From Eledone cirrhosa (lineage: Eukaryota), in assembly GCA_964016885.1 (NCBI GenBank), contig OZ024740.1:61876001-61940000 (forward strand): a stretch of 64,000 bases of DNA. Reading direction: 5' to 3'. A model generated the notes under the pieces. That model made no database searches and was not told the DNA's origin. It saw only the letters and a list, made by a program, of their open reading frames with translations. How positions within the stretch are numbered: position 1 is the stretch's first letter; each line of letters opens with the position of its first letter. The translations under genes and the position numbers were made by a program. Shown piece by piece: positions 57,267-64,000 of this stretch.

Positions 57267-60200
57267 AACCAAAGATTAATATGGTTCATTGATTACTCAA
57301 TGAATATAGTTTTACAATAGATTAAAAGCACTCTACAAGAAGTTTTCTGGAGTTATTAATAGTATTCAAAATATTAATAAATGAAGACATTCACATAATC
57401 AAAATATATGTTTTATTATATATATTTCAAAGGTACTGTGCTGTTTTTTCAGTACGCCCTCATCAGATAAATATATGAATTGATGTATGACATACCTCAA
57501 CTGTGTTGATGGTTCAATTCCAGTATTGGAATTGAACCATCAACACAGTTGAGGTATGTCAGACATCAATTCATGTATTTTATCTGACTAGGACGTACTG
57601 AAAAAACAGCACAGTACCTTTGAAATATATATAATAAAACATATATTTTGATTATGTGAATGTCTTCATTTATTAATATTTTGAATAATATGTGTATGTA
57701 TATATATCATCACCATCGTTTTAACGTCCGCTTTCCCTGCTAGCATGGGTTGGACTGTCATAATGTTAATTTTTACAAAGAAACTGTTGTGTTTGATCAC
57801 CATTGTAATGCTGGATATATATGACTGATGTGGAGTGCTTTTACCAGTTTACACCTGTTTAACAAAGAGAAATCACAATACAACTCTCACAGATAAGCAC
57901 CTTAGTATTTAGCAACGATATATATATCATCATCATCATTGTTGTTTTAATCTCTGCTTTCCTTGTTAGCAAGGGTTGGACGGGTCTGTATAGACCAAGT
58001 CCATACTGAAGTGGAGTCAGTAGGGTTTGACCCTGAGCTTTGTTGATGGAAATCGCGAAGCTTAGTCTCTCTCTGTTGCTCTAGTAACATTTTTTCTTTT
58101 GGAAAATCTGATCTTGCGGCCAGGCTAGGACTTTTTGGATGGCATATTGGCAGTAACAATGACAATAAGCCGTCTGTGCTTTCGTGAAATAAATACGTTT
58201 GTTTATATTTTGTTTTTGTGTATGCAAAAATATCTGTACACGAATATATAATTATATATATATATTAAAATAACAGATTAAAGTTTAAGAGAAGAATCGC
58301 TGCTTTCACCCTTAACGGGGTCTTCTGAAACTAAAACAATCAAGCTGTGAACGCAGAAGTAAATATTTCGAAAAAGGTTGCAACCGAAAGAAAACAGGAA
58401 GGTGATACTTTGGTTTGTGAAGACGTTAGGAATGTTGTATAACCGGAAGTGTTGACATTTGAAAATTTTGAAGAAGTGAATAGTTAAATAATGTCTTTAA
58501 TCTTTTAACAAAATTCAGTAAATAAAAATACCCTCACTTTCTTACTTAGAAAAAGTTACATCTATGGTGCAAATTTGGTGCCGTTTGGTCCAGCCGCTTG
58601 GCGGAAAGTTTGTTACTTACATACGGCCGTCAGCTTTTTAGTATAGATATACAACACTAAATGGCTATCAGGTTCCACCAGATTAAAATAGGAATCAAAG
58701 GGGGTCCAGAGGTGAAAAAATTTTGAAAACCACTGCTCTATATATTTTCCTCATGTCCTCTCTATTACTGTCTCTCTTCTTATCTGGAAGAAATCAGTTG
58801 TAGTCAGGCCTGCAGAGGGGATCATCTTAACCAGGTTTAAAAAGATGCCCAAGACAAGAGGAGACAATATCTAAAAACAGGTTTATTACTTGTAATGCTT
58901 ATAGCATCTTTACTAGAGAGCAGATCATTGTGAAAAGTTTCGGTATTAGACTGAAACATGATGAGAAACCAAAAACGAACCATACCACATTGTCCTTCAT
59001 GCGGGTTAACAAGGGATGCGTTCAGGCCTTTGGTAGAGAAACCTGTTCGAAAAATATATTGCAGTCTCCATTTCATGCTGCAAAGACTAGCGATAGGCCT
59101 GCGACCTGTCTTGGACACACAAAGTTTGCGTATGCCGAGACCTCAAAGAGGGTCCGGAAGGGAGCAAACCTTAACAGTTGGAACCAAAGAAAAAACTCAA
59201 TAGAGTGCGTAGCTCAAAGATCAGAGAAGCACTCTCAGGTATAAGTGGATGAAGAAGAAAAAGAAGATAAGAGTCTTTAGCTTTTAATGTGATGTAATTA
59301 TAGTGCTGTTTTATACTTTTCAGCGATGTCTTTGCTAATGCCATTTTATTCGGTACAGGACATTAAGAATTAAACATATTTTATAAGACAAAATTGCATT
59401 CTCCCCAGCCATTTTCAATCCACTGCTAGATGAAGCCTCAGCAATTATACTTGTTTTAAACTTATCTGTCCACAATGGCCTAGTGCAGATTGGGTATTTT
59501 CCTCCCATAGTGATGTGATTAACCCAGTGATTGGTATCTAGATAGCTTTTCAACTCAAGACACAAAAAGCTAGCTCAAGTGTTGCAAAGAGATCTTTTCC
59601 AATTTTCTAACAATTCTACTAATCAACTACCCTGGACTGCTAATTTATTTATCAACACTAAAAAGATAAAAGGCAAAGTTAACATTGGTGAGATTTGAAC
59701 TCTTAATTCTGAGAGCCAAAATGAATACTGCAAGGCATTCTATTCAATGGTGTAACAACTCTTCCATTTTACTGCCTTAACACACAGAGATACACTTGCA
59801 TGCCCAATACTGCATAGCAATCAATTCTATATAATGATGTTTTCTTTTGTTTTATAAATGGCTTGGTCAGAGGTGGAAGAGAAGTGCTCATTACTTTTTT
59901 GTAGTGTTTCATTGATATCAATTTACCATCTTGTCAAAATAGCAATATGTGTGTTATGTCTATTACTTTGATCTCTGAATATACTGGTGTTGTCTGTGAT
60001 TAACATTGTCATCAAAGATTCTGTGGACACAGCATAGCTAAGTGGTTAAAAGGTCAGCTTGGCAATAGTGAGGTTCAAGGTTCGATCCTACTGTGTGACA
60101 TCTTGGGTAAGTGACTTAACCATAACCTTTGATTGACTCAAGGTTTGTGAATGAAATTGGGTAAATGGAAACTGTAGAAGAGTCCCACCACAATGGTTCA

Positions 60201-61447
60201 TCTTGCAAATTACATTAAGGATACAGATATGTGTGAAATACTCAACCACTTACACATTAATTTATGAATTGGACACTCAATTGATTAAACATCTGAATTT
60301 TCATTATCAAAGCTGATCATCATCATCATCAAAGACTCTAAACAAGCTAATATAAGTATACTTTCAAACATTTGGTTCTCTTTCTAAAATAATTCATGAA
60401 ATACAGATGAGATATAATAAAGATTATAATCTGCTGCACAGAAATTCCCATGGGGACAAAGGAATTTTTCTAAAATATTATTGCCAATATAAGTTCATTC
60501 TTTCAAAAAGGTTTGCCACCCCTGGCAAAAGGTAAAGTATTATACAAAAATTGGCAAATATTGTCTTTAATATTCCAAACTAATTGTTGCTTCTAAATAA
60601 TTGATTAGCTGCCTCTATGTTCAAACAGAACTAAGACTAATTAGCTCCAGCAACAACAATGAACATTTCATTCTGAGATACTGCAAGATAAGTTCTCTTT
60701 AATAATATAATCGCAACATTTTCTAAAAAAACAAATTTGTTACATATTAAAAATGTATGCGCACACATAAACAGGCACACCCCACACACATACTGATGGC
60801 ACAGAAAGGTTTGCTCCTAAATAAGCAACAGAAGAGGGTGCTCTGAGAGTATAATAGCTAGAATAAGGATAGATGGAGAAAATTTAGTGACTCACTCCCA
60901 CAGTTGACCACAAGTGGTTTCTCCCCACGTACAAATGGATGACTTTATGATGCCTGTGTGCGAAGCGCAATGTTGCATGGTAGTGAAACATGGGCTGTGA
61001 CTTCAGAGAACATGCGTAGACTGGAGAGAAATGAAGCAACTATGCTTCATTGGATGTGCAATGTAAGTGTGAGAGAAAGGCAGAGCTAGGACAAGTTGAG
61101 GCAGAAGCTGGGTTTAAGAGGTATCAGAGCTGTATGCAGGAGAGAAGACTGTGTTGCTATAGACATGTAATGCACATGGATGATGATTGCTGGGTGAAGA
61201 AGTGCCAGGAAATGCCATTAGAAGGAAGCCACAGAGGTAGATTAAGAAACACCTGGGTATAAGTTGTGAGAGCTGACCTCAAATTGCTGAGACTGGAGAG
61301 ATGCCGTGCTGAGAAGGACCCGTCCAACCCCATGCAAGTATGAAAAAATGGATGTAAAAATGATGATGATGATGATGATGATGATAATCAAAGACATTCC
61401 AGCCATAACCACCAAGGGAAAATTGACGTTAAATGATGATGATAGTG

Positions 61448-61482
<35 letters not shown>

Positions 61483-62770
61483 TAGTAGACATAGCATGAC
61501 TGAATGGTTAAGTTTGCTGAGCAGTCATGTGGTTTCAGGTTCAGTGCCACTGCATGACATCACAGTCTGATGTCTTTTCCTACGGCCTTGGGTTGACTCA
61601 AGCTTAGTGAGTGAAATTAGATAGATGGAAACAGCTTAGAAGCCCATACCATGAACTGTACCTGTAATTCTAAGGGTCATTCTTGTTACACACTGTGTCA
61701 CACTGAATCTCCTTAAAAATTATGTTAAGAGCACACATATATGTAGAATACTCATTCACTTGTTAATTTACTGAGCAGGCTGTTCTGTTGATCAAACATT
61801 TCTGAAACATGCATTTTCATTTTCTAGTGTAACTCTGACCACACTATCCAATGTGTCTCACCTTTTTGATGGTAATTAGGTATAGTTTGAGGGGGATTTG
61901 ACTGTTATTTCTAACTTGTAGAATAACCACATAGAAACTCATTGACTCACGAATGGAATGGGATGGATCTCTGTTGGTTTTGATACTGAGTATTTGCGTT
62001 ATTTGATTAACAAAACGGCCAGCTCATGAAATTGACTTGCAAGTGATTGAGCATTCCATAGATATATGTGTTCTTAACATACTTGTCAGGGAGATTCAGT
62101 GTAATATTACTGGACCTTTAAATTAGAGTTTACAGTCCATTTGAAAGTCTTCCAGTTAATTCTATCTATCCAATTTCACTTATAAGACAGTTTCCTAAAA
62201 TGCCATGCAGTGGAATGGAACTCAAAAGTTTATGATTGTGGAGTGAATCTCTGAATTATTTGGTCAAGATGGATCCCTGACTCGGAACTAATACCATGGA
62301 ATCTCGGTTCACAATTGCCTCACATCATGAACAAATCAGTTCATGAACAATTTTTCCGAACATAAAACATCTCAGTTGACGGTGTCTCAAGTAACGAACA
62401 CACAAGTTGGCAACAACAGTTGATGACAAGCTGCAAGAATCAGGGGGAAAGTGTCACTTGCTGTGTAGTTAGTTATTATGGTTATATTTATTTGTCTTTC
62501 TCACACAGTTTCTTTCTAGCTATATTTCTCTCTCAACATTTCATATGGGCAAAATAGTTTTGGTTTACAAACATTTTGGATGACAAACAGCTTTAAGTTT
62601 GTGAACCAAGGTATTATACTGACATGCTCATGTATTATCACAGCACCTTTCATTGCATCTTGGATTTGTTTTGTGTATTTACAGTGATTCCAATCAGATT
62701 AATGGTTCTCAAAAATGGTGAAAGGAACTTATCAAAGGCTTTACCAGTTGTTGGACCAAATGTTACTAAT
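7593..62770 (+). CDS. DCDC1: Multi-exon host gene (internal part), doublecortin domain-containing protein 1-like (DCX-like and ricin-B-like repeats)
   Basis: Ten AG/GT-bounded exons (102, 175, 100, 124, 108, 192, 170, 127, 88, 86 nt; total 1272 nt = 424 codons) join with matching phases and no stop. The peptides [59 protein letters not shown] closely resemble vertebrate DCDC1 as I recall it. No database search was run. Confidence 0.85.
7860..8250 (+). mobile_element. Old RTE 3' fragment
   Basis: Degenerate RNE.SMLHWMC..LREKLGIRGI and tail catgcaagcatggaaaaa..gatgatgat. Confidence 0.75.
8830..9085. repeat. Minisatellite, about 26-nt degenerate unit (gagttcagaacaataaagcaggaatt)
   Basis: About 8-9 diverged tandem copies visible. 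Confidence 0.75.
10140..10610. mobile_element. piggyBac-like MITE with a second copy nested in opposite orientation
   Basis: TTAA-CCCTTT..AAAGGG-TTAA termini. Family also at about 11100-11412, 22059-22290, 26205-26860 (split), 27061-27300, 51541-51787, 53607-53870 and 62884-63103. Confidence 0.65.
10762..10936 (+). CDS. DCDC1: DCDC1-like exon ([11 protein letters not shown]...[15 protein letters not shown])
   Basis: Pyrimidine tract + cag acceptor, gtaagt donor, phase 0-1; IWLSFGE..IDP resembles the end of a DCX domain. Confidence 0.85.
11880..12440 (-). mobile_element. CRE-clade non-LTR retrotransposon 3' fragment (restriction-like endonuclease)
   Basis: [20 protein letters not shown](D)[36 protein letters not shown]. 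Confidence 0.8.
12600..13070 (+). mobile_element. Non-coding dispersed repeat resembling an RTE-type 5' UTR; related copy at about 18210-18465
   Basis: ctaggagaaggaaaactctgatataaa.cctgc motif and shared downstream sequence in both copies. Confidence 0.5.
13220..13488. repeat. 20-nt minisatellite (gtatacatgtaggaatgtat)n; shorter block at 12499-12602
   Basis: About 13 tandem units. Confidence 0.95.
13560..13785. repeat. (CAC)n-type low-complexity tract; others at 14790-14960, 51070-51260 and 52235-52560
   Basis: Direct inspection. Confidence 0.9.
16200..17770 (-). mobile_element. R4/Dong-like RLE non-LTR retrotransposon, 5'-truncated and degenerate
   Basis: [22 protein letters not shown] (CCHC), [17 protein letters not shown]; ends in a (TACA)n tract. 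Confidence 0.85.
17805..18105 (+). mobile_element. SINE family B (tRNA-derived head plus CORE-like ccttgagcaagacact segment)
   Basis: A-box tggctt.gtggtta and B-box ggtt.gattcc. Copies at about 29380-29497(-), 34005-34270, 35505-35610, 35962-36100, 37294-37440 and 43497-43610. Confidence 0.75.
18470..21116 (-). mobile_element. 5'-truncated RTE LINE (690-aa ORF remnant 19009-21081, YADD mutated to YTDD)
   Basis: RT and PHD finger, 3' UTR with internal tandem duplications, (GAT)n tail. Confidence 0.97.
22457..22556 (+). CDS. DCDC1: DCDC1-like exon ([33 protein letters not shown])
   Basis: tag acceptor, gtaagt donor, phase 1-2; exactly bridges the phases of the neighbouring exons. Confidence 0.75.
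22595..23005 (+). repeat. RTE 3'-UTR fragment with a 48-nt unit amplified 5-6 times
   Basis: acactgtaaag.gg.catgtaggtgtcac..aaaaagcacccagtcc at 22595, 22643, 22691, 22739, about 22788 and about 22836; then taggaagggcatc..cccatgctagcatgg..(GAT)n. Confidence 0.9.
23688..24003. mobile_element. hAT-type MITE
   Basis: 8-bp TSD atctagac (23680-87 and 24004-11), CAGG-starting terminus, internal ggcccg/gggcc motifs. Confidence 0.75.
24082..24205 (+). CDS. DCDC1: DCDC1-like exon ([16 protein letters not shown]...TWHFLQHK)
   Basis: tttctag acceptor, gtttgt donor, phase 2-0, open frame. Confidence 0.78.
24480..24860 (+). mobile_element. Old RTE 3' fragment
   Basis: Degenerate RTE C-terminus and tail. 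Confidence 0.7.
27636..27743 (+). CDS. DCDC1: DCDC1-like exon ([36 protein letters not shown])
   Basis: ttcag acceptor, gtaagt donor, phase 0-0; QxW ricin-like motif. Confidence 0.85.
29992..30070. mobile_element. 79-bp Tc1/mariner-type MITE
   Basis: TIRs agggtgtcccccaaaaatgtataca / tgtatacattttttggggataccctg, sitting in a TA-rich tract. Confidence 0.75.
30076..33500 (-). mobile_element. RTE LINE with an intact ORF
   Basis: Single uninterrupted ORF, about 295-nt 3' UTR and (GAT)n tail; almost no 5' UTR before a TA/TG microsatellite. Confidence 0.97.
30372..33491 (-). CDS. RTE ORF, 1039 aa: APE endonuclease + reverse transcriptase + internal PHD finger
   Basis: GTINV, VQET, AYAP, GDFNGH, LDFIL, SQH (APE); DLEKAFD, QGSVLSP, YADD, YLG (RT); C4HC3 finger. 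Confidence 0.96.
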   Translation of the reverse strand: MNLRATKHPREAPTQRPSLTSVDKCPKLRVGTINVGSMKGRAGEIVEMLERKEVDVCCVQETRWRGGSARVLVGKSQCYKFFWVGNDDGMGGVGILLADKWVDKVISVYRVNARIIKLRLVLNKTITTIISAYAPQSGLPDELKDRFYESLIHTTALTDDKDFLIIAGDFNGHVGKHCDGFNRVHGGHGVGTRNEEGFRLLEFCDANDMSICNTNFKKPDNHLITYRSGEHSSQLDFILIRGRDRWTVVNTKAFPSEECTSQHSLVVSDLTVRTRRALKQRPTWRRKIWKLKVPSTSNRFKDILLNAYDSKEEQIETFNVEENWEFLKNNLLEATDEVCGWSKTSSRRRVTWWWNNKVDEAVKAKRQAWKEWKNGGSRVHYIETKREARRQVYLARREAEDRKFKHVLQREDQKQEVFKIARQCVRDSCDVIGEKCIRNDKGELALTSAEKKDAWKSHYDRLLNEENAWEEETLPHVDPIEGPAVQVSGSVVSKAIRDMKIGKATGPSGIAAEMLKASGSVGHTITTRIVNQVILEGAIPKDWCSSIIVNCYKGKGDALDRGNYRGIKLMDQVMKVTERVIAQLIRDRVNIDEMQFGFVPGKGTTDALFLVRQLQEKYLAKSKPLYLAFVDLEKAFDRVPRAVIWWALRKLGVDEWLVKAVQAMYRGAVSKVRISNEYSEEFSVQVGVHQGSVLSPLLFIIVLQAITEEFKTGCPWELLYADDLALIAESMVELENKFQTWKQGLERKGLKVNMTKTKVLISRRENRTQIPSGKWPCSVCRKGVGRNSILCPKCKQWVHKRCSGISGSLIKNVGFTCSSCAETASKQPQETSTTNLWEGPVETVDSFCYLGDRISNGGGCSESTITRVRTGWKKFRELLPLLAAKGFSLRMKGRLYDACIRTAMLHGSETWALKVEDLRRLERNEACMLRWMCNSNIRERQSINELRERLSIRGIKCCVQERRLRWYGHVMRMKDDSCIKRCRALEVDGNRGVGRPKMTWDEVIKADLTQLHLSKSMTHDRDFWRHAVIQGTRPPMGTC
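36140..36342 (+). mobile_element. Solo RTE 3' UTR next to a SINE B head
   Basis: Nearly the same sequence as the 3' UTR of the 30076-33500 element. Confidence 0.8.
37637..39110. mobile_element. Probable PLE remnant with about 135-bp inverted terminal repeats (37637-37772 / 38926-39060), each carrying a hammerhead motif
   Basis: Arms essentially identical; CTGAGGA..GAAATATATATA core. Confidence 0.65.
38953..39018 (+). ncRNA. Minimal type I hammerhead ribozyme motif (mirror copy on - strand at about 37679-37744)
   Basis: Stem I tattttgt/atgaaata, CTGAGGA, stem II catatt/aatatg, GAAA, palindromic TATATA, ATA cleavage triplet. Confidence 0.6.
40730..41600 (-). mobile_element. Degenerate Penelope-like 3' fragment (GIY-YIG region and 3' end)
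   Basis: Minus-strand remnants FKA.V, FKN.F.NH.TTFKH, T.KLASQV.KLK and CNLCID.KLFIL..NKRS. Confidence 0.75.
41609..42160. repeat. About 40-nt minisatellite (gatatagtcaacattgtcagtactagaatactggactggcag), about 13-14 copies
   Basis: Direct tandem repetition. Confidence 0.93.
44570..45016. repeat. (TCAC)n / 16-nt tcactcactcacacgg tract
   Basis: Direct inspection. Confidence 0.9.
45120..45311 (+). CDS. DCDC1: DCDC1-like exon, ricin-B-like repeat ([16 protein letters not shown]...[15 protein letters not shown])
   Basis: cccacag acceptor, gtaaat donor, phase 0-0; LCL and QxW..G.I beta-trefoil motifs. Confidence 0.88.
45947..47164 (+). mobile_element. Full-length mariner transposon with a pseudogenised transposase
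   Basis: About 29-bp TIRs tgag.gttggctgaaaagttcataggctg; [27 protein letters not shown](P)HLLT and (Y)SDL.PSDYHLF motifs with stops and frameshifts. Confidence 0.93.
48108..48277 (+). CDS. DCDC1: DCDC1-like exon ([12 protein letters not shown]...LPRKLGGLQ)
   Basis: accag acceptor, gtaggc donor, phase 0-2. Confidence 0.82.
48411..48600 (-). mobile_element. Young SINE A copy with a long TSD
   Basis: gtgacaattagaaataatt at 48399-48417 and 48616-48634. Confidence 0.88.
48718..50445. repeat. 1.7-kb compound (CAC)n satellite with higher-order units
   Basis: Recurring cagcaccaaaccacaaccaccatcac and caacagcaacaactatc spacers. Confidence 0.95.
50494..50620 (+). CDS. DCDC1: DCDC1-like exon ([43 protein letters not shown])
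   Basis: ttacag acceptor, gtgaga donor, phase 2-0; the most recognisable DCDC1 block. Confidence 0.9.
51907..52096 (+). mobile_element. Young SINE A copy
   Basis: Reverse complement of 48411-48600 with about 4 differences by eye. Confidence 0.88.
54150..54908 (+). mobile_element. Degenerate RTE 3' fragment (same subfamily as 6548-7437)
   Basis: [29 protein letters not shown] and (GAT)n tail. Confidence 0.9.
55540..55627 (+). CDS. DCDC1: DCDC1-like exon ([29 protein letters not shown])
   Basis: T-tract + aag acceptor, gtaagt donor, phase 0-1. Confidence 0.87.
57363..57686. repeat. About 320-bp near-perfect palindrome (head-to-head PLE-type repeat with hammerhead motifs)
   Basis: Centre ggttcaattccagtattggaattgaacc; arms differ at only a few positions. 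Confidence 0.9.
58090..58648 (-). mobile_element. Helitron-like non-autonomous fragment
   Basis: Minus strand starts A|TCTATACTAAAAA followed by ..ggaccaaacggcaccaaatttgcac..; 3' boundary unclear. Confidence 0.5.
60800..61386 (+). mobile_element. Degenerate RTE 3' fragment
   Basis: [25 protein letters not shown] and (GAT)n tail. Confidence 0.88.
62292..62621. mobile_element. Tigger/pogo-like MITE, degenerate
   Basis: Subterminal ctcggttcacaa / ttgtgaaccaagg inverted pair with repeated tgaacaa motifs. Confidence 0.45.
62685..62770 (+). CDS. DCDC1: DCDC1-like exon ([29 protein letters not shown])
   Basis: ttacag acceptor, gtaaga donor, phase 1-0; VLKNG resembles the start of a DCX-like domain. 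Confidence 0.85.
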
Positions 62771-63726
62771 GTAAGATATAGATTGGGAAACCACATCATT
62801 AATTAATTAAAAACAAAAAGAAAGGAAAACAATTTTTTTTTTAAATTGATTTGTTTCTTCTCCCTTTCTAAAATGTTTATAAATTAACCCTTTCAAAACC
62901 ATTCTACCTGAACTTGTTTTTGGCTCTGTGATAAGACAGTCCATTTTAAAGTGTCCCTATTTAAAAATAAAACCTTCTGTCAAAATTTTAGGAAGTTATG
63001 TTCTTGACACCAACTTAAAAACTTTCCAAATTCTTGATAATTTTCAAAATAAGTTGAAACACATTCAACCATCTCATCAGGAATATGGTCACGAAAGGGT
63101 TAAAACAAAAATGTAAACGATGTGTAAAACAGAAAAGAAAAAAAAAATGTTGAAGATGTTGCTTTCTTTCAATATTTATTCATTAATTTTATTTATTTAT
63201 TTTTTTATTTATTTTTTTATTTATTTTTACTCTTTTAATCTTTTACTGGTCTCAGTCATTAGACTGCAACCATGCTGGAGCACAACCTTTATTCAGTCTA
63301 TCAATTTTTTCAAGTCAGGTGCATATTTTATTGATTTCTTTTTTATTGAGCTGCTAAATTACAGGAAATAAACACACACACACACAGTTTGGGTGCAAAC
63401 GAAAGCAAAAAGTAATCATATCATAATATGAAAGGTGAGAATATTTATATCAACAGTTCAACTTATTTTTGCATTACCAAATAATTTTGTGTCCATAAAT
63501 ATGGCTTGCTCTTTCTGTGACTGATTCAACTACATTGCCAGCTCCCACAGAATTGATAGTTCTCTGCATGACAGCACAACAGGGTCAATGTGTATATCAT
63601 TATGGTATCTTTGCTGTATGTATGTGTGTGTGTGTGGGGGGGGGGGGGGGGCAATGGACATAGCAAAAGTATTATGGGTAATGTATTTGTTGTACGCTGA
63701 TAGTTCTGATATATATAAGTTTATCA

Positions 63727-63777
63727 GGCTTCCTGATGATTTCTCCCGAATGAAACAGTTCTAGTCCTGTAGAAGCC
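63727..63777 (+). ncRNA. Type I hammerhead ribozyme motif
   Basis: Stem I GGCTTC/GAAGCC, CTGATGA, stem II TTC-tccc-GAA (T.T at the base), GAAA, stem III ACAG/CTGT, GTA cleavage triplet. Confidence 0.7.
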
Positions 63778-63832
63778 ATTTCTATATTAAATATATATAG
63801 CGTGGAAGATAGACATTAAACAATGATGATTA

Positions 63833-63869
<37 letters not shown>

Positions 63870-64000
63870 TCTCTTTTTTGCTCACTTATTCCTGGGAGGG
63901 TCGAGAGGGCAGAGTCCTCAAACACTTCAAGTGAGTTGGGGTCTACCCCAAAGACCCTTTGGAAGAACCCCATTTTGGTCACTTGTATTCATGATCATAT

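Larger units (their letters stand above)
56528..58735. mobile_element. hAT MITE expanded by nested insertions and inserted into a SINE
   Basis: TIR cagtggttttcaa / ttgaaaaccactg; TSD ctctaaat / ctctatat; SINE sequence continues on both sides. Confidence 0.8.

Noticed and set aside
58830-59250. Cluster of short ORFs in GC-richer sequence
   Set aside because: No recognisable motif or splice context; probably a decayed repeat

Overview
AT-rich, microsatellite-dense eukaryotic (animal) genomic DNA. The repeat content looks like an octopod cephalopod, which is my inference. The window lies inside one large + strand gene. Ten GT-AG exons (7593-62770) join phase-consistently into a 424-codon open frame resembling the doublecortin/ricin-repeat protein DCDC1, with start and stop outside the window. 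The introns hold an intact-ORF RTE LINE with a PHD finger inside its RT, truncated RTE copies, R4-like and CRE-like RLE LINE ends, Penelope-like (PLE) fragments, a dead mariner, hAT/piggyBac/Tc1 MITEs, Helitron-like elements, two SINE families and several satellites. Beyond these: (i) a set of hammerhead-ribozyme motifs, some in inverted or palindromic PLE-type repeats and one stand-alone; (ii) several foldback duplications; (iii) a near-identical inverted SINE pair enclosing a single exon; (iv) YCAY-dense repeat tracts directly upstream of two exons. All calls were made by eye and need computational confirmation.
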